Below the pieces are notes generated by a model. It ran no database searches and was not told the DNA's origin. It was given only the letters and a program-made list of their open reading frames with translations. Below are positions 45,046-56,811 of a stretch of 64,000 nt of DNA, one piece after another (the stretch's first letter is position 1; the number at the start of each line of letters is the position of its first letter). The stretch lies in contig OZ219865.1 of NCBI GenBank assembly GCA_964291675.2, positions 288,001 through 352,000 on the forward strand, read 5' to 3'. The translations under genes were made by a program, and so were the position numbers. This DNA comes from Alphaproteobacteria bacterium. GTDB lineage: Bacteria; Pseudomonadota; Alphaproteobacteria; MPNO01.

Positions 45046-45089
45046 CGCTTGAGAGAGGCCCGGCCTGACCGCCGGCGAAGGGGAGGGGC

Positions 45090-45596
45090 ATGGCGAGCGA
45101 ACGCATCGGGGTCTATCCCGGGACTTTCGACCCGATCACCAACGGGCATCTCGACATCATCCGGCGCGCCGCGACGGTGATGGACCGGCTCGTCGTCGGC
45201 GTCGCGGTCAACGCCGGCAAGGGGCCGCTGTTCTCGGTCGGGGAGCGCGTCGACATGGTGCGCGCCGAGGTCGCCGCGCTCAACCGCGGCAACGGCGAGC
45301 GGGTGCAGGTGGCCGCCTTCGACAATTTGCTGATGGACTTCGCCGTCGAGCACGGCGCCTGCATGATCGTCCGCGGGCTGCGCGCGGTGTCGGATTTCGA
45401 CTACGAGTTCCAGATGGCGAGCATGAACGCCAAGCTCAACGGCGACGTCGAGACGGTCTGCCTGATGGCCTCCGACAAGCACCAGTTCATCGCCTCGCGG
45501 CTGGTCAAGGAGATCGCCATGCTGGGCGGCGACATCTCCGCCTTCGTCTCCCCCCGCGTCGCCGACCTCCTGACCGCCCGCCGCGACGGTCGCTAG
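45090..45596 (+). CDS. coaD: Pantetheine-phosphate adenylyltransferase
   Basis: 'YPGTFDPITNGH', 'RGLRAVSDFDYEFQMA'. Confidence 0.97.
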   Translation: MASERIGVYPGTFDPITNGHLDIIRRAATVMDRLVVGVAVNAGKGPLFSVGERVDMVRAEVAALNRGNGERVQVAAFDNLLMDFAVEHGACMIVRGLRAVSDFDYEFQMASMNAKLNGDVETVCLMASDKHQFIASRLVKEIAMLGGDISAFVSPRVADLLTARRDGR

Positions 45597-45634
45597 GGTC
45601 CCCCCCGCGTCGGCCTTCGCCCCCCTTTCCCCCC

Positions 45635-46221
45635 CGTCATGCGCGGACTTGATCCGCGCACCCATGCCCGGACTTGATCCGGGCAACCACTGCCGCCACC
45701 GCCCCTCCCCACGGGGCGTTGTGCCGGTAGCGCCAGTGGGTGCCCGGATCAAGTCCGGGCATGACGGGGGGGTGGAGCAGCGGGGGGAAGGACCGGGGCC
45801 GGGCATCGCGTTTGCGGCGGCGCGGCCGGAAGGTCCGACGGCCCCCACGCCCCACGCCTCGCCCCCTCATCATTCCCCCCCCTCGTCATGCCCGGACTTG
45901 ATCCGGGCAACCACTGCCGCCGCCGCGCACGGCGAACGGGCGGGAGAGGCGGTGGTGCCAGTGCGTGCCCCCCGGCCCCCGGCCCCCGGCCCCCCGTCAT
46001 GCGCGGACTTGATCCGCGCACCCATGCCCGGACTTGATCCGGGCAACCACTGCCGCCACCGCCCCTCCCCACAGGGCGTTGTGCCGGCGGCGCCAGTTGG
46101 TGCGCGGATCAAGTCCGCGCATGACGGGGGGGAATGGCGGGCGGACCGCGCCCGGCTCTCCCTGCTCCTCCACCGCCACCACGCCGTCATGGCCGGCCCC
46201 GGATCAAGTCCGCGCATGACG
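45635..46221. repeat. REP cluster with a ~135-bp block repeated at 360-bp period
   Basis: CGTCATGCGCGGACTTGATCCGCGCACCCATGCCCGGACTTGATCCGGGC at 45635 and 45995. Confidence 0.9.
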
Positions 46222-46313
46222 AGAGCGGAACGAGGCGGGGGGGCAGGGAGGTTTCTCCGCTACGGCGCGCGCCGCGCGGCTCCGGTCGAGACGACGAAGG
46301 GGCTGGCGGGGCG

Positions 46314-47630
46314 ATGCCCGTGGGTATATCGATAGCACCGGCGCCGGCCGGCAACGCCACTGGTCCGCCGCAGAGAACGCTGGAGCACGCCTTGCCGTCC
46401 GAGCGCGACCGCGAAGCCCGGGTCGTCGACCCGCGCTATGCCGCCTTCCGCCTCGCCGTCACCCTGGTGCTGGCGACGATCGGCAGCATCGGGCTGTGGT
46501 CCTATGTGATCGTGATGCCGGCGGTGCAGGCCGAGTTCGGCGTCGACCGGGCGACCGCCTCGATCCCCTACACCACCTCGATGGTGTTCTTCGCGCTCGG
46601 CAACATCGTGGTCGGGCGGCTGATCGACCGGATCGGCATGATGCTGCCGGCGCTCGCCGCCGGCGTCGCGCTCGGGGCCGGCTTCGCCGCCGCGTCGGCG
46701 GTGGAGGCGATGTGGCAGCTCTCCATCGTCCACGGCGTGCTGATCGGCATCGGCACCGGCTCGATGTTCGGGCCGCTGATGGCCAATATCTCGCACTGGT
46801 TCGTGCGCCGCCGCGGCATCGCCGTCGCCACCGTGGCCTGCGGCAACTACTTCGCCGGCATGCTGCTGCCGCTGGTCCTCCAGGATGCGGTGACGGTCGA
46901 GGGCTGGCGGCCGATCTACCTCGCGATCGGCCTGTTCAGCGCGGCCACCATCCTGCCGCTCGCCTTCCTGCTGCGCCGCGAGGGGCCCAAGCGCGACCAT
47001 GTCGACCGGGTAACCGGCATCGCCGGCACCGAGCAGCTGCGCATGGCCGCCTTCACGCCGCGCACCATGCAGACCCTGCTCGCCGTCGCCGGCTTCGGCT
47101 GCTGCGTCGCCATGTCGATGCCGCAGGTCCACATCGTCGCCTACTGCGTCGATCTCGGCTACGGCATCGCGCGCGGGGCGGAGATGCTGTCCCTGATGCT
47201 GGCCGCCGGCGTGGTCAGCCGGCTCGCCTCCGGCGTGCTCGCCGACTATATCGGCGGGGTGCGGACGCTGCTGCTCGGATCGGTGCTGCAATGCGTCGCG
47301 CTCGCGCTCTACCTGCCGTTCGACGGGCTGGTCGCGCTCTACGTCATCTCCTTCGTGTTCGGCCTGTTCCAGGGCGGTATCGTGCCGTCCTACGCGATCA
47401 TCATCCGCGAGTACCTGCCGGCGCGCGAGGCGGGGCAGCGCATCGGGCTGGTGATCTTCGCCACCATCGGCGGCATGGCCTTCGGCGGCTGGGTGTGCGG
47501 CTGGATCTACGACCTGACGGCGTCCTACCGGGTGGCGCTGCTCAACGGCATGGCGTGGAACTTCGTCAACATGGCGGTCATGACGCTGATCCTCTGGCGC
47601 ACCATGCGCCCGCGGGAGGCGGCGGCGTGA
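46314..47630 (+). CDS. MFS transporter (start uncertain)
   Basis: Multiple TM segments, 'GRLIDRIG', 'SHWFVRRRGIA', 'GVLADYIGG'. Confidence 0.88.
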   Translation: MPVGISIAPAPAGNATGPPQRTLEHALPSERDREARVVDPRYAAFRLAVTLVLATIGSIGLWSYVIVMPAVQAEFGVDRATASIPYTTSMVFFALGNIVVGRLIDRIGMMLPALAAGVALGAGFAAASAVEAMWQLSIVHGVLIGIGTGSMFGPLMANISHWFVRRRGIAVATVACGNYFAGMLLPLVLQDAVTVEGWRPIYLAIGLFSAATILPLAFLLRREGPKRDHVDRVTGIAGTEQLRMAAFTPRTMQTLLAVAGFGCCVAMSMPQVHIVAYCVDLGYGIARGAEMLSLMLAAGVVSRLASGVLADYIGGVRTLLLGSVLQCVALALYLPFDGLVALYVISFVFGLFQGGIVPSYAIIIREYLPAREAGQRIGLVIFATIGGMAFGGWVCGWIYDLTASYRVALLNGMAWNFVNMAVMTLILWRTMRPREAAA

Positions 47631-47690
47631 GCCCTGCGATAGGGGCTTATACCGAATACTTGACCGGCGGGACGCCAACGACACTTCTTC

Positions 47691-47826
47691 CGTCATGCCC
47701 GGACTTGATCCGGGCACCCATGGCCGGACTCGATCCGGCCACCCACCGGCGCCGCCACCCCTCCTCACGGCCCGCCGTGCGCGCCGATGGGCCGCATGGG
47801 TGCCCGGATCAAGTCCGGGCATGACG
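47691..47826. repeat. REP doublet (REPIN-like)
   Basis: Inverted CGTCATGCCCGGACTTGATCCGGGCACCCA copies around a spacer. Confidence 0.9.
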
Positions 47827-47998
47827 AGGTGGGGAGGCATGGCGAGCGTTCCGACGTTCGGCCGCGACGCCCCGTCGCCGCGCGGCCGGGTCCGACCCCC
47901 GCTGTCAGGTCTCGCGGCGATCGGAGACCATGACGGGCGCCCCTTGCGTCGGGTAGCGGGTCCGTCGCCGGCATCGTGTTCGACCGGGAGGCGGAGGG

Positions 47999-48508
47999 CT
48001 AGAGCGTGAGTTGCTCGAAGGTCCGAAGCGGGAGGTACAGGCGCAGCGGTTGCGACTGGAAGGGCACGAAGCCGTACCGCTCGTAGAACGCGCTGGCGCG
48101 CTCGTGCAGCGCATCGACCGCGACGGCGTAGACGCCGATGGCGTCGCCCGCGCGGACCACCCGACGGATCGCGTCGAGCAGCAGAACCTCGCCGAGCCCG
48201 CCCCCCTGGCTGCGAAGATCGACGGCCAGCCGCCCGATCACGGCCGCCGGCACGGGATAGTGCGGCAGGCGCCTTGCGAGCTCTGTCGGCAGGTTGTCCT
48301 TCTCGAAGCTCGCCGCGCTCAGCGTGTAGTAGCCGGCGACCCGTTCGGGCGGGTCGCCCGACGCGACGAAGACCCGTGCAACGCGCCGCCTTGCGTCCTG
48401 GGACGCCTGCCGGCGGATGTAGCGGTCGAGGGACGGTTCCCCGCAGGAGAAGGACGCGCGGTCGCGATGCGCTCCGAGCGGCTCGATCGTCGGCGGCGGT
48501 TCATCCAC
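47999..48508 (-). CDS. GNAT acetyltransferase toxin (TacT/AtaT-like)
   Basis: 'FSCGEPSLDRY', 'GYYTL', 'IGRLAVD...QGGGLG', 'FYERYGF'. Confidence 0.9.
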   Translation of the reverse strand: MDEPPPTIEPLGAHRDRASFSCGEPSLDRYIRRQASQDARRRVARVFVASGDPPERVAGYYTLSAASFEKDNLPTELARRLPHYPVPAAVIGRLAVDLRSQGGGLGEVLLLDAIRRVVRAGDAIGVYAVAVDALHERASAFYERYGFVPFQSQPLRLYLPLRTFEQLTL

Positions 48509-48785
48509 CGATGCGCTCGCGGTAACGGCGCGCGGCCCGCTTCAGCGCCGCGTTCGGCGCGGGCGGGTCGAGCAGCGCGTCATGGAAGGCGTCCCAATCC
48601 GTCGCCGGGAGCACGACCCGCTCGCGCGCCTCGATCACCCGCTCGGCCGCGGCGACGGCGCTGTGCAGCACGAAACGGCTGACCGTGGTTTCCTCGTAGG
48701 CCGCCGCGCGTTCGAGCTTGCGCTTGCTCCGGGCGTCGAGACGCAGATGGACGCGCGCGTGCTTCGTCTCGGCTGTTTCGGCCAT
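48501..48785 (-). CDS. DUF1778 ribbon-helix-helix antitoxin (TacA/AtaR-like)
   Basis: 'RVHLRL....KRKLERAA', 'F.DAL..PP.PN.AL'; overlaps toxin start. Confidence 0.88.
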   Translation of the reverse strand: MAETAETKHARVHLRLDARSKRKLERAAAYEETTVSRFVLHSAVAAAERVIEARERVVLPATDWDAFHDALLDPPAPNAALKRAARRYRERIGG

Positions 48786-49061
48786 TGCGATGTCTCCCGC
48801 GTGAGAGGGCGATGAATATATGCACCAAAACGGCGTACATCGCAAGCGTGCCGGCGGACGGAGCCGGCGCGGGAAAGCAGACCCGGGACCATGACCCTGC
48901 GGGCTGCGCTCCATGCCCGCTACCCGTGCGACCGGCAGGGGGCGGCTTCCATCGGGGACCGGCTCCCGGTGTGCCGGGAAATCGGCTAATTTAATACCTT
49001 AGACTATCACCATATAACGTTGTTAATAAATAATTATATGATTTCCGTCCCCCGGGGGCAA

Positions 49062-49077
49062 TGTTTCACGTGAAACA
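49062..49077. promoter_or_regulatory. parS site (ParB-binding)
   Basis: Perfect TGTTTCACGTGAAACA next to an AT-rich tract. Confidence 0.85.
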
Positions 49078-49087
49078 TTAGGCCGGC

Positions 49088-49549
49088 TCACACCGTCCAG
49101 TAGCGGCCGGACGCGCCGATGGCGGCGTTGATCAGCCCGAGCGCGAGGTTGACGGTCACGGTCTGGCGGATGCGTTCCAGCGCCGCCGCCGCAACCGGCG
49201 GGTCGCCGGCGGCGAGCCCGGCCCTGAAGCGGCGATAGGGGCCGAACCAGAGATAGAGGAAGATGGCGATCATGATCCAGCCGAGCCCCTGCATCAGGTG
49301 GGCGTGCAGCGGCATGCCGGCGAGCCCGCCCCACTGGCCCCACACCATGACATAGCCGGTGAGCGGGAGCAGCACGGCGGCGGCCCAGACCCAGGCGAAG
49401 AAGCGCCCGAACACGCGCTGCCAGAGCGCCAGGCGAACCGGGCCGTCGAGCGGGAAGGCGGCGGGCCGGAGCGCGTAGAGCGCGAACCCCATCCCGCCGA
49501 CCCAGACGATGGCGGCGAGCGCGTGCAGCGCGACAGACAGAGCGAGCAA
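49088..49549 (-). CDS. CopD/DUF2269-like membrane protein
   Basis: 'LHALAAIVWVGGM', about four TM helices; TTG start with GGAGG RBS. Confidence 0.7.
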   Translation of the reverse strand: MLALSVALHALAAIVWVGGMGFALYALRPAAFPLDGPVRLALWQRVFGRFFAWVWAAAVLLPLTGYVMVWGQWGGLAGMPLHAHLMQGLGWIMIAIFLYLWFGPYRRFRAGLAAGDPPVAAAALERIRQTVTVNLALGLINAAIGASGRYWTV

Positions 49550-49637
49550 TTGGTCCTCCCCGGCGGCGCCCGGCTTGATCGGCCGGGGGGGCTCGACTAC
49601 CGTGCCCCGCCTTCCCGACAGCGAGCGCCGCGCGCCC

Positions 49638-51667
<2,030 letters not shown>

Positions 51668-51674
51668 GGCCTAA

Positions 51675-51727
51675 TGTTTCACGTGAAACAATGGTCAACC
51701 ATGCTGACCTATGTTTCACGTGAAACA
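51675..51727. promoter_or_regulatory. Two parS sites (51675-51690, 51712-51727)
   Basis: Two perfect TGTTTCACGTGAAACA palindromes. Confidence 0.85.
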
Positions 51728-51817
51728 TTAGCCTGAAACGGTCAATTGCCTGTCCCCAGGGGACGCGCCGTGCGCGCCTCAAGGGCTTGGCCGGCGATGC
51801 TGAGAGACCGCTCGAGG

Positions 51818-53206
51818 TCAGCCGCGCGCGGCGATCCCGCGCACCGCATGCACCAGCCAGTGCGCCGTGGCGACGATGCGGGCGTCGGCGCGGAAGAAGC
51901 CCATCAGCTGCACCCCGAGCGGCAGGCCGGCGACCGCGAGCAGCGGCAGGTTCAGCGCCGGGCAGCCGAGCACCGAGGACGGCTCGCCATAGACCATGTC
52001 GCCGACCGCCATGCCGACCGGCGCCGGGTCGACCTGGTTGAGGGTGACGAACCCGTCCGCCCTTGCGGCGAACGCCGCGTGCCGCGCGCGGAACGCGATG
52101 CACCATTCGAGCGCCTCCGCGTAGTCCTCCGGCGCGAGCTCGCGCCCGGCCACGACGCGGTCCCGCACCCGCTGGCTCAGCCTGTCCCATTCGCGCTCGG
52201 CGTACATCGCGAGCGGCCAGCGCCCCTCATATGTCAGGATCAGCGCGATCACCTCGCGCAGCGTCACTAGGTCGCGCTCATAGGCCTCGATCTCGGGGTC
52301 GTCGGCGCGCCCGGCGATCTCGATCCCGGAATCGGCGAGGGTGCCGAGCCAGGCCTCGAAGGCGGCCTTGGTCTCTTCGGTGGTGGCGGCCCAGCCGGCG
52401 GTCTCCAGCCGGATCAGCCGCCGGGGCTTCTCGGGCCGGGGCAGCGTCGCCGGCCCGGCGAGGCTCGGATGTCCCGGGTCGCCGCCGGCGATGCGCGAGA
52501 CGGCGTGCGAGGCGGTCCACAAATCGGCCAGCGTGCCGGTTATGAAGCCGACATGGACCAGGCTCGGCGCCGAGGGAAACCCGCCGAGCGAGTTGATCGC
52601 GCCGTAGGACGCCTTGAGCGTGTAGGCGCCGCAATAGGCGGCGGGCCGGAGGATCGACCCGCGCACCTGCGAGCCGGTGGCGGCCGGCAGCATGCGGGCG
52701 CCGATTGCAGCCCCGCTGCCGCTCGACGAGCCGCCGGGGGTGCGGCTCTCGTCCCACGGGTTGCGCGACGGGCCGGGCGTGGCGAAGGCGAACTCGGTGG
52801 TGACCGTCTTGCCGACGATCGCCGCGCCCGCCTTGCGCAGCGCGAACACGCAGGCGCCGTCCCAGCCCGACGACCAGTTCTCGAAGATCGGGCTGCCCAC
52901 CTGCATCGGCATGTCCGCGGTCTCGTGCACGTCCTTGATGCCGACCGGCATGCCGTCGAGCGCCGACAGCGCCCGCCCGGCCCGGTAGCGTTCCGTGGAG
53001 GCGTCCGCCGCCGCGCGCGCGGCGTCGAGATTGAGGGTGACGAAGGCGCGGATGCGGGGCTCCAGCGCCTCGACGGTCTCGATGCAGCGCTCCAGATAGG
53101 CGCGCGGCGTATCGCTGCCGTCGAGGAAGCCGGGGACGGCATCGCCGAACGAGAGCAGCGTCGTCGTCTTCGGATCGTAGGATTCGCTCGTTGCTGGGTC
53201 GTTCAT
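51818..53206 (-). CDS. Amidase signature family enzyme
   Basis: 'GIKD', 'GKTVTTEF', 'TPGGSSSGS', 'GSILRPAAYCG'. Confidence 0.9.
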   Translation of the reverse strand: MNDPATSESYDPKTTTLLSFGDAVPGFLDGSDTPRAYLERCIETVEALEPRIRAFVTLNLDAARAAADASTERYRAGRALSALDGMPVGIKDVHETADMPMQVGSPIFENWSSGWDGACVFALRKAGAAIVGKTVTTEFAFATPGPSRNPWDESRTPGGSSSGSGAAIGARMLPAATGSQVRGSILRPAAYCGAYTLKASYGAINSLGGFPSAPSLVHVGFITGTLADLWTASHAVSRIAGGDPGHPSLAGPATLPRPEKPRRLIRLETAGWAATTEETKAAFEAWLGTLADSGIEIAGRADDPEIEAYERDLVTLREVIALILTYEGRWPLAMYAEREWDRLSQRVRDRVVAGRELAPEDYAEALEWCIAFRARHAAFAARADGFVTLNQVDPAPVGMAVGDMVYGEPSSVLGCPALNLPLLAVAGLPLGVQLMGFFRADARIVATAHWLVHAVRGIAARG

Positions 53207-53409
53207 CGACGCCTCCCGGTCATGCATCGGTGCGGTTTCCGAGCCGTCGCGGCCCGCCCCGGCATCCTATACGCTCGGCCGGACACATGGGCGGTTCATG
53301 CAGGCCCGCGACCGGGGTGGGCGAACCTGCGCGCCGAAGGGCGACCGCGCCGGCCACCCATGCGGCCTCGCCGCATGCACGGCGACCCGGCGGGAGGGGC
53401 GGTGGCGCC

Positions 53410-53851
53410 AGTGGGTGCCCGGATCAAGTCCGGGCATGACGGGAGGAGGCATGGCGACGGGGCGGGCCGCACCCGGCTCTCCACGCTCTCTCACCGCCAC
53501 CCCCACCACGTCATGGCTGGCCCCCGGATCACAGTCCGGGGGTGATCCGGCCATCCATGCGGCCTCGCCGCATGCATGGCGGCCGGCAGGGAGGGGCGGT
53601 GGCGCCAGTGGGTGCCGGCCGGCCCCGGCCCCCCCACGTCATGCCCGGCCCCCGGATCAAGTCCGGGGGTGATCCGGGCACCCATGCGGCCTCGCGGCGC
53701 GCACGGCGACCCGGCGGGAGGGGCGGTGGCGCCAGTGGGTGCCCGGATCAAGTCCGGGCATGACGGGAGGGGAGGCATGGCGACCGGGCGGGCCGCGCCC
53801 AGCTTTTCCCATACCGCCAATGGATGCCCGGATCACCCCCGGACTTGATCC
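53410..53851. repeat. REP cluster (continues at 59612-59800 beyond the IS)
   Basis: Multiple GGATCAAGTCC-cored hairpins including hairpin-in-hairpin forms. Confidence 0.85.
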
Positions 53852-54028
53852 CATAAGCGCTAACTTGTCTACATGAAGTATGTGTCTCGCTGCGGTCTGC
53901 GTCGGCGCGGCGGTTCGGCGAGGTCTCTTGAGATGTCGTTCCACTGCGCGATCGTGCGGGCGAGGCCACAGGGCGGCTCGATGGCCCTTTGCACCTCGTT
54001 GAGGACGAAGCGGAACTCGCGCCACGGG

Positions 54029-54547
54029 CTATGCGGCCTGCGGCGCCGCCAGCCGGTATCCCCAGGGGGAAACGGCGCGGGCGTGGTCGACCAGCTTGTC
54101 GACCAGAAGCGCGACGAAGAGCTTTCCGTACAGCCAGGCGCGGGCGCTGTCGTCGTCGCGCTTGGGCAGATGGCCGAGCCGGGCGAGCGACTTGAGGCGC
54201 TTGAAGACCAGCTCGACCTGCCAGCGCAGGCGGTACCATTCGAGAACCTCGCTTGCGCTGAAGCGCTGTTCGCAGAACGTGGTAAAGACGATGACGTAAT
54301 CGGCGAAGGCAAGGGTTGCGGGCTTGACCTCGCCGCCCTGGCGCCTGGCCTCGCGGCGCGCCCTCTTGCGCGCCCGCCGGGCGGCCTGGGCCGACTTGCG
54401 CACCGCGCAGACGCGCCCGTGCACCCCGCCCGCCGCCGCCGGCCAGCACCCCACGGCCCCGGCGCGGTCCAGCCCGGACAGCGCCGCAAGCAGATCGAAG
54501 CGCGCCCCGTCCGGGGTCCAGAGCGGCAACGCCCCGGTGTTCACCCG
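54029..54547 (-). pseudogene. IS4 transposase, C-terminal half (interrupted)
   Basis: YREK motif 'YRLRWQVELVFKRLKS'; joins the N-terminal half in frame at R-V-N-T. Confidence 0.9.
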
Positions 54548-54692
54548 TGAGCAGGCGCAGGCTTTCAGCGGGGATTGGGGGCTGATCCGCTTGGATTAAT
54601 CGAGGTTTTGGGGAAGGTGCCCCCCGGCGATCTTGCAAGAAGGCCGCCGGAGGGCTTGTCTCGGTGACAGCTACATCAACTGAGACGCCCCA

Positions 54693-55307
54693 ATGTCGCA
54701 CAAGCTGTTCCGTCACTCCATCCTCTGCAACGCCCGGGTTTGGGACTTTCTGAAGCAGGTCGACGCAGCCGAGGCGGAGGCCTGCCGTGCGGTGGGCTGT
54801 CCTCACTGCGGCGGGACGCTTCACAGCGCGGCCTACCCTCGCAAGCCGTACGGTCTGGCGGCGGATCTTCGGGACGATGTGCGGCGCTTCAGCCTGTGCT
54901 GTTCGGTGTGCAGGCGCCGGGTGCGTCCTGCCTCGGTGCGTTTCTTCGGTCGGAGGTTCTACGTCGGTGCGCTGTTCCTGCTGGTGAGCGCACTGGCGCT
55001 GACCGGCGGGGTGCGGTTGCAGACGATCGCGCGGCGCTGTGGGGTTCCGGTCTCGACGCTGAAGCGCTGGCGTCGCTGGTGGCTGGACGCCTTCCCGGCG
55101 ACCCCGGAGTGGGCGGCGAAGCGGGGCGAGCTGGCGACACCGGCCGGGGAAGCGCCTGTGCGCCGGCTGCTGCGCCTGATGCGGGGCCGGGGCCTGCGGG
55201 CGCGGCTGCTGCGGAGCCTGGTCTGGCTGATGCCGTGGACCGGTTCTTGCGCGCTCGGCGCCGGGCCGGCTTCGCCCGCAGAAAGCGTTTCTGTCATGAA
55301 CGGATAG
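54693..55307 (+). CDS. Zn-ribbon + HTH protein, transposon accessory
   Basis: 'CPHCGG', 'CCSVC', HTH-like 'LQTIARRCGVPVSTLKRW'. Confidence 0.7.
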   Translation: MSHKLFRHSILCNARVWDFLKQVDAAEAEACRAVGCPHCGGTLHSAAYPRKPYGLAADLRDDVRRFSLCCSVCRRRVRPASVRFFGRRFYVGALFLLVSALALTGGVRLQTIARRCGVPVSTLKRWRRWWLDAFPATPEWAAKRGELATPAGEAPVRRLLRLMRGRGLRARLLRSLVWLMPWTGSCALGAGPASPAESVSVMNG

Positions 55308-55356
55308 GGGCTCTTACACCGGCATCTCCCCAACAGGGCGAGGGAGGGATGCCGGG

Positions 55357-56811
55357 ATGGACAGCAACGACGGGAGCGAGCGTCGCGACCGGTGGGCGCG
55401 GCTGCGCTTCGCGGTGGTCGGGCCGCTTCTGGCCTCGCCGCCGCCGAAGGGGAAGCTGCGGGCCGAGCTGGAGCGGCTGGCCGGACGCGAGTGGGAACAT
55501 CCGTCCGGCAAGGGGCCGGTGCGCTTCTCGGCCTCCACGATCGAGCGCTGGTACTACCAGGCGCGGGCGCAGGAGCAGGACCCGGTCAAGGCGCTTCGCC
55601 GAAAGCCACGGGCCGACATCGGCCGCGAACGGGCGATATCGGCGGCACTGATCGAGGTGTTGCGCGATCAGTACCGGGCGCATCCGTCGTGGTCGGCACA
55701 GCTGCACCATGAGAACCTGGCGGCGCTGGTCGCGGCCGATCCGGCGCTCGGCCCGATGCCGTCCTATGCGACGCTCACCCGGGCGATGCGGGCTCGCGGG
55801 CTGGTGCGCAAGCGCCGGCGCAAGTGGCACGAGAGCGAGGCGCGGCCGCCTGTCCAGGCCCGCGAGGTACTGAGCTACGAGGTCACGCGCAGCCACGCCC
55901 TGTGGCACAGCGATATGCATACCGCCAAGTGTCGTGTGCTGACGGCCTCGGGCGAGTGGAAGACGCCGATCCTTCTGGGCTTTCTCGACGACCACTCCCG
56001 GCTCGGCTGCCACCTTCAGTGGTATCTCGCCGAGACCGCAGAGGTCTTCGTCCATGGGCTGTGCCAGGCGTTGATGAAGCGGGGCCTGCCGCGGTCCCTG
56101 CTGACCGACAACGGCTCGGCGATGACCGCCGGCGAGGTCGAGGAAGGGTTGCTCCGGCTCGGCATCGCGGGGGTCACGACGCTCGCGTACAGCCCGCATC
56201 AAAATGGAAAGATCGAGACTTTCTGGGGCACGGTCGAATCACGCCTGATGGCCCAGCTCGAAGGCGTCGACGCGCTCACCCTGAAGATGCTCAACGACGC
56301 CACCGTCGCCTGGCTGGAGCAGGACTATCACCGCCGCGAGCACCGCGAACTCGGCATGTCGCCGCATCGGCGCCTCGCCGGGAGCGTCGACGCATCGCGG
56401 CCCTGCCCCGGCGCGGCCGAGCTCAAGGCGGCCTTCCGCATCACGAGGAAGCGCATGCTCCGGCGCTCGGACGGCACCGTCTCGGTCGAGAACATCCGCT
56501 ACCAGATACCGCCGCCGTGGCGCCACCTGCGCGAGGCCTGGGTCCGCTATGCGCGCTGGGACCTCAGCAGCGTCGATCTGGTCGACGGCCGGGGCGGCGA
56601 ACGGCTGTGCACGCTCTATCCCCTCGACAAGCGCGGCAACGCCGATGGTGTGCGCCGTCCCATCGGCCCCGGCGACGACGATGGCAAGGGCGGCGAGGGG
56701 ACAGGCGGACTGCCGCCGCTGCTCAAGAGCATGCTCGACGCGCAGGCTGCAACCGGCCTGCCGCCGGCATGGCTTGCCTTCGATGACACCCGCGATGATG
56801 GAGAACGCTGA
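55357..56811 (+). CDS. DDE transposase (rve core, Mu/TnsB-like C-terminus)
   Basis: 'LWHSD', 'LDDHSR', 'LTDNGS', 'NGKIETF'; N-terminal 'STIERW...RKPRAD'. Confidence 0.92.
   Translation: MDSNDGSERRDRWARLRFAVVGPLLASPPPKGKLRAELERLAGREWEHPSGKGPVRFSASTIERWYYQARAQEQDPVKALRRKPRADIGRERAISAALIEVLRDQYRAHPSWSAQLHHENLAALVAADPALGPMPSYATLTRAMRARGLVRKRRRKWHESEARPPVQAREVLSYEVTRSHALWHSDMHTAKCRVLTASGEWKTPILLGFLDDHSRLGCHLQWYLAETAEVFVHGLCQALMKRGLPRSLLTDNGSAMTAGEVEEGLLRLGIAGVTTLAYSPHQNGKIETFWGTVESRLMAQLEGVDALTLKMLNDATVAWLEQDYHRREHRELGMSPHRRLAGSVDASRPCPGAAELKAAFRITRKRMLRRSDGTVSVENIRYQIPPPWRHLREAWVRYARWDLSSVDLVDGRGGERLCTLYPLDKRGNADGVRRPIGPGDDDGKGGEGTGGLPPLLKSMLDAQAATGLPPAWLAFDDTRDDGER

Noticed and set aside
49000-49045. 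dif site or CtrA box in the AT-rich tract
   Set aside because: No convincing XerD arm; TTAA-N7-TTAT is a mismatch easily produced by AT-richness
51818-53206. gatA
   Set aside because: Lacks the GSDTGGSIR segment and has no gatB/gatC neighbours; generic amidase
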